Notes under the pieces: generated by a model
Seen by the model: the letters and a program-made list of their open reading frames with translations, nothing else
Databases searched by the model: none
Told to the model about the DNA's origin: nothing
Made by a program: the position numbers and the translations under genes
Origin: Opitutia bacterium UBA7350
Lineage (GTDB): Bacteria; Verrucomicrobiota; Verrucomicrobiia; Opitutales; Coraliomargaritaceae
Assembly: GCA_949524905.1 (NCBI GenBank)
Contig: CATINC010000004.1
Span: 51,840-115,839, forward strand
DNA: 64,000 bases
Direction: 5' to 3'
In this document: in pieces, positions 1-8,048 of the stretch
Numbering within the stretch: the first letter of the stretch is position 1
How the letters are laid out: the number at the start of each line of letters is the position of its first letter

Positions 1-1679
1 TCCAATTGGCGCTGGTTGCCACGTGCCTGAACGGATTGTGATTCGCGGCAAAATTGATCCACGTTTTGGTAGACCGAGTCCAATTCACAGGCCGAAAGCG
101 CGGCACGTAGATCATTCAGGATTTTGTGATGATGACGATAGGCAGGAAGGAGAGCATTGCCCTCAGCCTGAAACTGTTCGCAGTTTGCTTCAAGCTCGGG
201 CAGTCCGCCAAAACCAAACTCTGAGACGAAAAGACCCGCATCTGCTTTGATCACGGTGTTGCCTTCATTGGTGTCCTTGTTTCCCAGCGTTTGGTAGAGT
301 TTCCAATGTTTCTCACTCACGGGAGCGCGCACGTAGCTGTGCAGTTCGGTGAGAGATTTACGCTCGCTTGAGTGGGGAAGGTAGAAATGTGCACCTTCTG
401 CCCATCCGCCGGATTCATCCAGTACGAGCCGGGTCGGGTCCAGTTCGCGCGTCATGCGAGACATGGGTGCAATCAGGGCGGCGATTTCCTTGCGGGTGAC
501 TTCGTTGAATATCTCCCACCAAATAATACAAGGATGGTTGCGATCCCGCAGAACCAGTTGGCGGATTTCATGCTTTATGCGCTTGGGGGTCTCTGGTGTG
601 AGGGCGGGCCAACAGCTCATACATTCCACCGCAGGTGAGGCGATAACCAGTAACCCCGCCGCATCGGCTTCTTCGAGAATCATGGGCGGAACCGGTCGCC
701 TCCAGGGGCGTAGCAGGTTCAGACCCGCGGCTTTTGCCAGTTCGATTTCCTTGCGCACAACGGCACGGTCTTCGGGGTAGGATTGATGCTTGGCATAAAC
801 GCCTTCCCAGAACCCTCCGCGCAAATAGATGCGCTCGCCGTTGAGACAAAAGCGTTCGTTTTCATAGGTAAAGGATCGCAAGCCCACGCGCTCACGTCGG
901 AGGGCGCAGGGCGCGCCGTTAATACACAGTCGCACTTCGGCGGTGTAAAGGTGCGGGTTCTCGGGACTCCAAAGGATTGGGTTTTCAATGGGTAAGGTCC
1001 GTGAGCAGTGGTTGGTGCCGTTTTTAAAATGCTGCGCTGACTTTTGAGTGTACACGCATTGACCTGTTTCGCTGAATATAGTGATTTCGATTTCGCCCGC
1101 GATCCTTTCTTTGGATTGCACGGAAAGAGCGAGGTCAAATTGTGATTGCTTAATATTCGGCTGATAAAAGGCAGATTCGATCCACGCATGCGGATTGAAT
1201 TCAAGGCTTACGGACTGCCAGATGCCCGCGGTTAGGCCTCCACGCCAGTGTGGCATTTCGTTCGGTCCTAGGTCGTCGACCTTCAAATCCTTTGTGACGA
1301 TTGGGCTGACGACGCGTGCGATAATAGAGTTTTCGCTGCCGTAATGAAGCAGGTCCTGAATCTCGAAGTGGAAGGGAGTGTAGCCGCCATCGTGTTTACC
1401 CGCAGATTTACCGTTGATCCAAACTTGGGTGCGGTAATTGGAGGCCTGAAAACAGAGTCGGCTGATTTGTCCTTCATGCGCGCTATCAACATCAATGGTG
1501 GTAAAATACCAAGCCACCCCTTCGTAATCCTGAAAGTGTTCCTCCCAGCAACAGGGGACGGCAATATCGATACTATTTCGCTTGAGCTGTTCGGGATGGG
1601 TGAACCATGCATCGCGCAACCCCTTATTCTCCAAATCAAGTTTGATTTTCCAGATTTTATCTAGGTTTAAAGATTCCAT
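1..1679 (-). CDS. Glycoside hydrolase family 2 (beta-galactosidase/beta-glucuronidase-like), N-terminal ~559 aa; C-terminus runs off the left edge
   Basis: Absent from the ORF track because it is open at the window edge. My own translation from the ATG at 1679..1677 reads MESLNLDKIWKIKLDLENKGLRDAWFTHPEQ... with no stop down to position 3. It contains GVAWYFTTIDV (GH2 sugar-binding-domain style), RSFTYENERFCLNGERIYLRGG, and the TIM-barrel acid/base motif RNHPCIIWWEIFNE (checked codon by codon around 500-570). No signal peptide. Confidence 0.8.
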   Translation of the reverse strand, partial: MESLNLDKIWKIKLDLENKGLRDAWFTHPEQLKRNSIDIAVPCCWEEHFQDYEGVAWYFTTIDVDSAHEGQISRLCFQASNYRTQVWINGKSAGKHDGGYTPFHFEIQDLLHYGSENSIIARVVSPIVTKDLKVDDLGPNEMPHWRGGLTAGIWQSVSLEFNPHAWIESAFYQPNIKQSQFDLALSVQSKERIAGEIEITIFSETGQCVYTQKSAQHFKNGTNHCSRTLPIENPILWSPENPHLYTAEVRLCINGAPCALRRERVGLRSFTYENERFCLNGERIYLRGGFWEGVYAKHQSYPEDRAVVRKEIELAKAAGLNLLRPWRRPVPPMILEEADAAGLLVIASPAVECMSCWPALTPETPKRIKHEIRQLVLRDRNHPCIIWWEIFNEVTRKEIAALIAPMSRMTRELDPTRLVLDESGGWAEGAHFYLPHSSERKSLTELHSYVRAPVSEKHWKLYQTLGNKDTNEGNTVIKADAGLFVSEFGFGGLPELEANCEQFQAEGNALLPAYRHHHKILNDLRAALSACELDSVYQNVDQFCRESQSVQARGNQRQL

Positions 1680-1702
1680 GGGCTTCGTTTGCTTTCCTTT
1701 TT

Positions 1703-1773
1703 TTCGTAAGCGGTAAAAAATAGCAGAGATTACCTTTCTTATCTGTTTTCAAAAAAGCAAAACTGTTCGTAAG
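1703..1773. promoter_or_regulatory. Pair of direct repeats TTCGTAAG(N)GGTAAA / TTCGTAAGGGCGTAAA upstream of the GH2 gene; candidate operator
   Basis: The octamer TTCGTAAG occurs at 1703-1710 and 1766-1773 (63 bp apart, about 6 helical turns) in the 164-bp gap between the sulfatase stop (1844) and the GH2 start (1679). The flanks are also similar (GCGGTAAAA vs GGGCGTAAA). Confidence 0.25.
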
Positions 1774-1843
1774 GGCGTAAATACGTATTTGAGGGAAGAT
1801 AGTCGCTCAGGGGGGCGAATGGGTTCCTTTACAGCGGACTCGA

Positions 1844-3367
1844 TCAAAAAGAGCAGACATCCGTAGGGCTGTGTCCTGAGGGCGGGCTGCCGCCATGTAT
1901 GGATTCCAGCAGGGCCTTGAGTTCAGCCACTTTCTCCGGATTCTGGGCAGCAAGGTTTTCCCGCTGACCTATATCTGCATCCATATCATAGAGTTGTGGC
2001 GCGGAGTCATTACCGGTTTCAATCCCCTTGTCGCCAAAGAGTTTGGGTCCGTCATGTGGTGGTATGTAAACCCAGTTACCCTGCCTGACGACGGTTTTGG
2101 ATCCGATACCCTCGGTGACAAGATGGTCGCGTCCAACAGTGTCTTTACCCAGCAGAGTAGCGCTTATTTCAAGACTGTCGGCCTGCTCGCTCTCTGGAAT
2201 GGTTGCACCTGCCATATCAGCAAAACTCATCAGGAAATCGGCATGGCTGAAAAGAGCGGGGGTTTCGCCTGCCTTGATGTAACCCGGTGACCAGGCAATC
2301 ATTGGAACCCGCGAGCCGCCATCAAACATGCTGTATTTTCCACCACGCAGGGGTCCGGCAGGTTTATGCTCGCCGCATTTAACACTGGCATCATCGCGGT
2401 AGCCATCGTCCAAGACCGGACCGTTGTCACTGGAAAAGATTACGACGGTGTTTTTGTCCAGGCCCTCCGCTTTCAAATGTTCGAGGATTTCACCGACGCA
2501 CCCGTCGAGTTCGGCAATGACATCTCCGCGTGGACCCTTGTCCGTGCTGCCCGCAAAGCGTGGATTGGGAATGCGCGGAACGTGCGGCTGATGGAGGGCG
2601 TAGTAAAGGAAGAAGGGTTGCGTCTTGTTTTTGCTGATGAAGTTTTTGGAACGTTTCAGAAAGACATCACTCATAGTTTCATCATCCCAAGTGGCCGCCC
2701 TCCCGCCGCGGCAAAAACCGATACGGCCGACGCCATTGACGATGGTGTCGTAATGCTGTTGGTCGCTGTGACGCATCGATAGAAGCTCAGGGTTGTCTTT
2801 GCCGGTTGCCACTTCGGGGAAGGGATTTACACCGCCGTACACTACCGAGATGGGGTCATCTGGATCGAGTCCATCTACTTTGCGGCCATCGACATAGACG
2901 CAGGGTACGCGGTCATTGGTAGCCGCCATGACATAGGATTCATCAAAACCGACATCGAGCGGGCAGGGGGAAATTTCGCCATTCCAATCGATATTGCCGT
3001 CACCAAGACCGATATGCCATTTGCCGATAACAGCGGTGCGGTAGCCCGAGTCGCGCAGGGTGCCGGGTAGGGTGCGTTCGTCTTCACCAATAATCATGGG
3101 TGCATCCCCTGGCAAAATACGCGCCCGTTTGTTGCGCCAGGGATAGGCGCCTGTGAGGAGGCTGTAGCGCGAGGGCGTGCAGGTGGCCGCAGTAGCGTAA
3201 CTTTGTGTAAACCGAAGCCCCTCGCTCGCCATACGGTCCAAATGAGGTGTTGGTATGCCCGAGGCACCGTAGCAGGAAAGGTCACCGAACCCGAGATCAT
3301 CGGCGTAGATAATAATAAAGTTGGGTGTCAATTTTGGTAAGTTTACGGTCATAAAATTTTGAATCAA
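1844..3367 (-). CDS. Sulfatase (formylglycine-dependent, Cys-type), apparently cytoplasmic
   Basis: 507-aa ORF. Motifs: FIIIYADDLGFGDLSCYG (metal-binding N-terminus), CTPSRYSLLTGAYPWR (C-x-P-x-R FGly motif), VIFSSDNGP, GGKYSMFDGGSRVP. The N-terminus MIQNFMTVNLPKLTPN has no hydrophobic signal peptide. Confidence 0.93.
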   Translation of the reverse strand: MIQNFMTVNLPKLTPNFIIIYADDLGFGDLSCYGASGIPTPHLDRMASEGLRFTQSYATAATCTPSRYSLLTGAYPWRNKRARILPGDAPMIIGEDERTLPGTLRDSGYRTAVIGKWHIGLGDGNIDWNGEISPCPLDVGFDESYVMAATNDRVPCVYVDGRKVDGLDPDDPISVVYGGVNPFPEVATGKDNPELLSMRHSDQQHYDTIVNGVGRIGFCRGGRAATWDDETMSDVFLKRSKNFISKNKTQPFFLYYALHQPHVPRIPNPRFAGSTDKGPRGDVIAELDGCVGEILEHLKAEGLDKNTVVIFSSDNGPVLDDGYRDDASVKCGEHKPAGPLRGGKYSMFDGGSRVPMIAWSPGYIKAGETPALFSHADFLMSFADMAGATIPESEQADSLEISATLLGKDTVGRDHLVTEGIGSKTVVRQGNWVYIPPHDGPKLFGDKGIETGNDSAPQLYDMDADIGQRENLAAQNPEKVAELKALLESIHGGSPPSGHSPTDVCSF

Positions 3368-3642
3368 TAGTTGTGGAAAAAAATTTAAGGCAGTGCTTGG
3401 TCAGATATATAAATCGGCTGAGCTGGATGAAAGTGAATGCCGATATTAACAGTCAAAACAGTTGAGGGTTCAAGTGGAATTCTACGGTTACATGGTCTGC
3501 AAACGCCTTTAAAGCATAGGATAACAAATTTTGATGATGCCTTTAAAATTGCTCTAGTTGCGCATAAAATAACCAAATTTATGGCTAAAAGTTCTCAAAA
3601 TCGTAGAAAATGTTATCTTCAGAGTAATTAGTCGAAAACTAC

Positions 3643-3680
3643 TTGCAATGAATAGGCCACAAGGAAATCTTTGCAATGAA
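3643..3680 (+). promoter_or_regulatory. Two copies of the 10-mer TTGCAATGAA, 28 bp apart, just upstream of the PEP-CTERM gene
   Basis: Exact 10-mers at 3643-3652 and 3671-3680, lying 25-62 bp upstream of the ATG at 3705. Each contains the palindromic core TTGCAA. A second repeated 9-mer, GCCTTTAAA, lies at 3505-3513 and 3539-3547. Confidence 0.3.
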
Positions 3681-3704
3681 CACCTTTTAATCTGTTACTA
3701 GTTT

Positions 3705-4445
3705 ATGAAAAATATACCCTCGATTCTAACTTTCGTTCTTCTTTTTGGATTCAGCCATGTACATGCTGAGAATCTCATAGCCGGCTGGAACGCCTGGGGT
3801 GGTTCTAACGATACAGATTACGTTAACAGTGCTAACGCTGATGAACTACTCACGGGTTTTAGTGGTTCTATGGGCTCGGATTTGATTTCGGCATACCCTA
3901 CATTAGGCGGTGGACATTATGTAGTGAATTGGGGCAGTTCGAGCGTAACGGATTACGGCGGCTTTGCCAGCTCAAACATCTCAGCGAATTCTTTCCGTAT
4001 TGGCGTACGTGAAACAAATAATGCGAAAATGTTGGATTTTCAAATTACAAACAATTCTGGCTCATCCTATGCATTGGATTCGATTTATTTTGACCATTTA
4101 TGGACAGCTGCGGCTGATTCTACCGGGTTTACCATTAAGCATAATTCCTCAATCAGTGATTTGCTCGCAAGCGGTTCTGTCAATTTGGGATCAGTTGCCG
4201 ATCCGGGTGTGAATACGACTTGGTCTGATGGTGTTGTTGATTTCTCATCCAACAATTACGTTTTAGCCGACGGTCAATCATTTGGTTTCCGCTTGGAGCT
4301 CGATCATTCCGGCAACAATAGTAACAATATATTTGTCGACAATGTTGCTATCACAGGTGTTGCCGTAGTTCCAGAACCCGGTACATTTGCCATGGTTTTG
4401 GGTCTATTCTCACTGGCCTTGGTTGTGTCTCGTCGTCGCAAGTAA
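3705..4445 (+). CDS. Secreted PEP-CTERM-anchored protein of unknown function
   Basis: 246 aa. Signal peptide MKNIPSILTFVLLFGFSHVHA. The C-terminus VPEPGTFAMVLGLFSLALVVSRRRK is a PEP motif plus TM helix plus Arg-rich tail (exosortase sorting signal). Body is Ser/Asn/Gly-rich and beta-rich. Confidence 0.85.
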   Translation: MKNIPSILTFVLLFGFSHVHAENLIAGWNAWGGSNDTDYVNSANADELLTGFSGSMGSDLISAYPTLGGGHYVVNWGSSSVTDYGGFASSNISANSFRIGVRETNNAKMLDFQITNNSGSSYALDSIYFDHLWTAAADSTGFTIKHNSSISDLLASGSVNLGSVADPGVNTTWSDGVVDFSSNNYVLADGQSFGFRLELDHSGNNSNNIFVDNVAITGVAVVPEPGTFAMVLGLFSLALVVSRRRK

Positions 4446-4463
4446 AACTTTTTTACTTATTTT

Positions 4464-4494
4464 AAACCTCAGTCTTTGACTGAGGTTTTTTATT
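4464..4494. terminator. Rho-independent terminator between convergent genes, possibly bidirectional
   Basis: 11-bp perfect stem AAACCTCAGTC (4464-4474) / GACTGAGGTTT (4478-4488), 3-nt loop, then a T6 run. An A-rich tract lies on the other side, and the hairpin starts 19 nt after the PEP-CTERM stop. Confidence 0.75.
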
Positions 4495-4801
4495 TGCGGT
4501 ATTCTTTGTTTTAACAGGTATCAGTTTCTTTTAGCGCAAGCTTTTTTGATGCGGGTAACTTATTCATAACTGTTAATATTTCTGCCCCTTATGTTGCATG
4601 AAATGAATCTGAAACCGAATATTCCCAGTTCGATCGCTTGCAGTCGTGCCTCAGTAAGTATGCCCGTTTTCGCCTGAAAGTGATTGGCGCAAGGTTCAGG
4701 TTTAAGAAAATAGTATGCTGTAATGCGAACGGATTGCGTAGCCACGCCAGGTAGGGATCTTTTACTGCTGATAGGATACGATCGCCTTGTGTGCGATGTT
4801 T

Positions 4802-7702
4802 TTAATTACTCAAGGGGATAGCGCGCTTGTTCATCTTGGCAGGGTACTGCATCTGATAGAAGCGCTTGGGAGCAGTGTTGTCGTAGTCTTCGGTACGCGT
4901 GCTGCCGCTCTCGAGCTCAAAGCTGGAGTGGGGGTCCCAATCAATACTTGGATCGGTGCCGAGATCGGTGCTTTTTTCAACGGTGTAGGAAAGGCCGGCA
5001 TCGAGGTTGCTGTATTCCAACTTCTGTAAGGTGGGATTCAGCTGAAGAACCGCGTCTCGGGTTGGAACAGATAGGAGCGTCTTATAGTTGTTGGTAACCA
5101 CCGTTTCTCCGCTGATCTGGTAGAGCTGAATACCCCCGATCGCTACTCCGGCTCCGCTAATATTGGCTAAAGTGAAACTGATGCTGTCAGTAGTCAGCAA
5201 AGCCTCAGCACTGCCAAAGACTGCATATTGTGCTTCAGGGGTTGGGTCAGCAGAAACCGTATCGGTGGTCTGCGCGGGGATGATCGGTGCCGCTGGGCTT
5301 GCCATGGCCTGAAAGTAATAGGTGGTACTGCCATCGGAGATTGAGGCCTTGTTGTTGCCTAGATAGCCGGTCAAGTAGACGACTGCGATGCAGCCATTTG
5401 GAAAAGTGGCATTTAAGTCGCTGAGTGTGACCGTAGTAGGGGCGGCGATTCCCTTTTGCATGGGCGTATCAGCATAGGCTCCGTTATAGTAAGGAAAGGT
5501 GCCGGATGCAGTGAGGTCCACCGTAGTGGCGGTGCCTGCGCCTGAACTTAGATTGTTGGTGCTCGCTGAGAGATTTTCCCAGTTGTCGCTGACCGTTCCG
5601 AGTGCGCTGATCCCGTAGCTCTCTTCGCTGTCAATGCGGGTGGCGTCACTCGTCGCGTCAGTAAAATTGACGCTCACAATGGTGCTGTTACCGCTGATTG
5701 TTTCGCTCACTCCGTTCGCATTAAAATCAACTGCAGGCTGACTGCGGGCATCCAGGGCGGCATCATGGGCGAGATACCAGGTTTCCATGGTTTCCAGTAT
5801 GCTCTTGTAGATATTGCCAGAGGGAATGCTTGCTACCGTGCTATAGCCGTTAATGAGATCCGTTTGTTGGCCCGGATCTGAGGTGAGATTGTAGAGCTGT
5901 AAATCGGAACCGTTGTCATCAAAGATCAGAACCCATTGGTTACCATTTTCATCGTAACGCACTGATTGGTTCAAGGTGTTCTTATTAATGATATAAAAAT
6001 GCTGACTGCGAATGGGGCTGACGTTACTCGGTGTTCCGCTCATTAAAAAGGGTACGAGGCTGATGGAATCCTGATGCTGGTCTGAAGCGATAGATTGACC
6101 GGTCAAGTCGATGAGTGAAGCGGCTGCATCTATTACAGAGACATGGCGGTCGCAAACCGTTCCTGGTACAATCACCGACCCATTTGATGTGCCGTCACCC
6201 CATTTCCAGGCAAAAGGAACGCGGTGCCCGCCTTCATAGATGGAGCTTTTGGAGCCCCGCCAGGGTCCGCTGGGATGCTGACGATCGCTGGTCTCTGTGC
6301 GTGCTTTGGTAACAAGGGTCCCGCCGTTATCACTCGAGAGAATAACTAGGGTGTTGTCCGAAATACCGTTAGCATCAAGCGCATCGAGGATTTTGCCGAT
6401 TTGTTGATCCAGATCGACCACGAAGTCACAGCGAGGTCCGAGCCCGGTGCTTCCACGTGCGTGCAGTGATGGAGTAATAGGGGTGTGCACAGCGGGCGCG
6501 GCATAGAATAGCATAAAGGGTTGGTCCGGGGCCGTTTGCACCCGAGACTCAATGTATTGCACCGCATGGTAGGCAAGGATGGGACCGTGTTCGCTCGTAT
6601 CAAAGCGGGAATCACCAAAGCCTTTGGCAAGGAGTTCGCCGTAGTCGTTGACCATTTCGCTGGTTCCGGCTTCAGTGACAATATTGTTCTTGTCGTCATA
6701 AACGGTGTTAGCCAGATAAGAGCCGGTAATTGGATTGTTCAAGTTGGTGTTACTATAACGAGTTGCTTCAAAATAGCGCAAGGTTGAGCTGGTTCCCAGC
6801 GCGGTCGCATTCATGGAACCCGGCCACCAAGTTTCAACGGCTTGATCAAAATCGCTGATAGGCTTGTAGGTATCGTACTCAAAATACATGTAGAGTTTGC
6901 CCTGAATACCATCGGGGCTGACGAAGGTATAGTCGAAGCCGTGATCCAGCATCCCTTGGTCGAACTGCTGGCTAAAATCGTAGGCGTCGTAACCGTTGGG
7001 GTTGCTGGGGAAAAAGCTGTAACGCAGAACATCACCATCCCAGTCGAAAAAGTCGCCTCCGATATGCATTTTACCGAAGAAAGCGGTGTGGTAGCCCGCC
7101 GTTTTCAAGATGTCACCCAGGGTATCATGGGGGTTGTTTTTGCGGTCGCCGTATCCGTTAATACTACCGCTCGCAACGCTTCCGTTAGAATTCAGCACTT
7201 CGATCGTCTGGCCACCCACGGTATAGCTTAAGGTTTTTGAGTCGATTCCACTGCGACTGGTACTGTAATTAAGACCGGTGCTTTCGGTGTGTCCCCAAGT
7301 GCCGAATTGCCGCGAACGAATCGTAGTATTACCCGTGAGGACGCAAAAACGATTGGGCGCACACAGGGAAGCAGGCAACTGGGCATCGGTAAACAGCATA
7401 CCCTCGTCACAAATACGATCCATATTGGGGGTTGGAATAACGGTTTCCGGAGTGGTGCCATCGTAATTGGTATGGCTGCTATCAATCAATCCCTGATCAA
7501 TGAAATAATCATGATAGGCGCCGACATCACCGATCCCGAGGTCGTCCGCAAATATGAAAACAATATTTGGAAGGGTGGCTCCCGCTTTCTCACCTGCAGA
7601 TAGGAGGGGGATGGTTCCACAAAAAGCGATAAAATTAATAATCAGGATAAGAAATTTCATGAAGTAAAGGGTAAGCATCCTCCTGTTGTGGAGGGGTTGC
7701 AT
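4802..7702 (-). CDS. Large secreted sulfatase (Cys-type) with an internal insertion and a ~330-aa C-terminal domain of unknown function
   Basis: 966 aa. Signal peptide (MKFLILIINFIAFCGTIPLLSAG). Motifs: FIFADDLGIGDVGAY, LCAPNRFCVLTGN (C-x-P-x-R), FFGKMHIGG, ILSSDNGG, KSSIYEGGHRVPF. Alternative in-frame starts at 7678 or 7660. The C-terminal third (from roughly aa 640) has no motif I recognise. Confidence 0.88.
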   Translation of the reverse strand: MQPLHNRRMLTLYFMKFLILIINFIAFCGTIPLLSAGEKAGATLPNIVFIFADDLGIGDVGAYHDYFIDQGLIDSSHTNYDGTTPETVIPTPNMDRICDEGMLFTDAQLPASLCAPNRFCVLTGNTTIRSRQFGTWGHTESTGLNYSTSRSGIDSKTLSYTVGGQTIEVLNSNGSVASGSINGYGDRKNNPHDTLGDILKTAGYHTAFFGKMHIGGDFFDWDGDVLRYSFFPSNPNGYDAYDFSQQFDQGMLDHGFDYTFVSPDGIQGKLYMYFEYDTYKPISDFDQAVETWWPGSMNATALGTSSTLRYFEATRYSNTNLNNPITGSYLANTVYDDKNNIVTEAGTSEMVNDYGELLAKGFGDSRFDTSEHGPILAYHAVQYIESRVQTAPDQPFMLFYAAPAVHTPITPSLHARGSTGLGPRCDFVVDLDQQIGKILDALDANGISDNTLVILSSDNGGTLVTKARTETSDRQHPSGPWRGSKSSIYEGGHRVPFAWKWGDGTSNGSVIVPGTVCDRHVSVIDAAASLIDLTGQSIASDQHQDSISLVPFLMSGTPSNVSPIRSQHFYIINKNTLNQSVRYDENGNQWVLIFDDNGSDLQLYNLTSDPGQQTDLINGYSTVASIPSGNIYKSILETMETWYLAHDAALDARSQPAVDFNANGVSETISGNSTIVSVNFTDATSDATRIDSEESYGISALGTVSDNWENLSASTNNLSSGAGTATTVDLTASGTFPYYNGAYADTPMQKGIAAPTTVTLSDLNATFPNGCIAVVYLTGYLGNNKASISDGSTTYYFQAMASPAAPIIPAQTTDTVSADPTPEAQYAVFGSAEALLTTDSISFTLANISGAGVAIGGIQLYQISGETVVTNNYKTLLSVPTRDAVLQLNPTLQKLEYSNLDAGLSYTVEKSTDLGTDPSIDWDPHSSFELESGSTRTEDYDNTAPKRFYQMQYPAKMNKRAIPLSN

Positions 7703-7706
7703 AAGG

Positions 7707-8018
7707 TTATTTGCTAGCGGCTTCTTTTACCGGTTCGAACTTCCGCATCCAAACAAGGTGGTAGCGCTTGCCGTCTTTGGTAACATTGGCAACCGCGCTA
7801 ATTTTAACTTTTTTGCCGACCTGTGCTTTGAGCTTTTCAACAATTGCTTTTGTCCAGATGTAGTAGGTTTCGCCCTCAGTTGTCTTAAAAGTCAGGCCTT
7901 GCTCCGCCTTCGATACGATACCCGTAGCGTTGATTTGCTTTTTTTGCGTTTCAGCGTGGCCGCTATTCAGGAAGACAGCGGTCAGCATGAGGATGGTGAT
8001 TTTGATTACTTTTTGCAT
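7707..8018 (-). CDS. Small secreted Lys-rich protein, unknown function
   Basis: 103 aa. Signal peptide MQKVIKITILMLTAVFLNSGHA. Sits 4 bp upstream of the 966-aa sulfatase and 30 bp downstream of the 461-aa sulfatase on the same strand, so it is co-operonic. Confidence 0.6.
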   Translation of the reverse strand: MQKVIKITILMLTAVFLNSGHAETQKKQINATGIVSKAEQGLTFKTTEGETYYIWTKAIVEKLKAQVGKKVKISAVANVTKDGKRYHLVWMRKFEPVKEAASK

Positions 8019-8048
8019 GATTTTTTGTGTTTAATAAATAATTATGGC

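Noticed and set aside
4495-4801. A 300-nt non-coding stretch between convergent genes, examined for an sRNA, riboswitch or tRNA-like structure.
   Set aside because: I could not fold any convincing conserved-type structure by eye. The only ORF (61 aa, minus strand) has no start context. It is probably just a 3' UTR or spacer.
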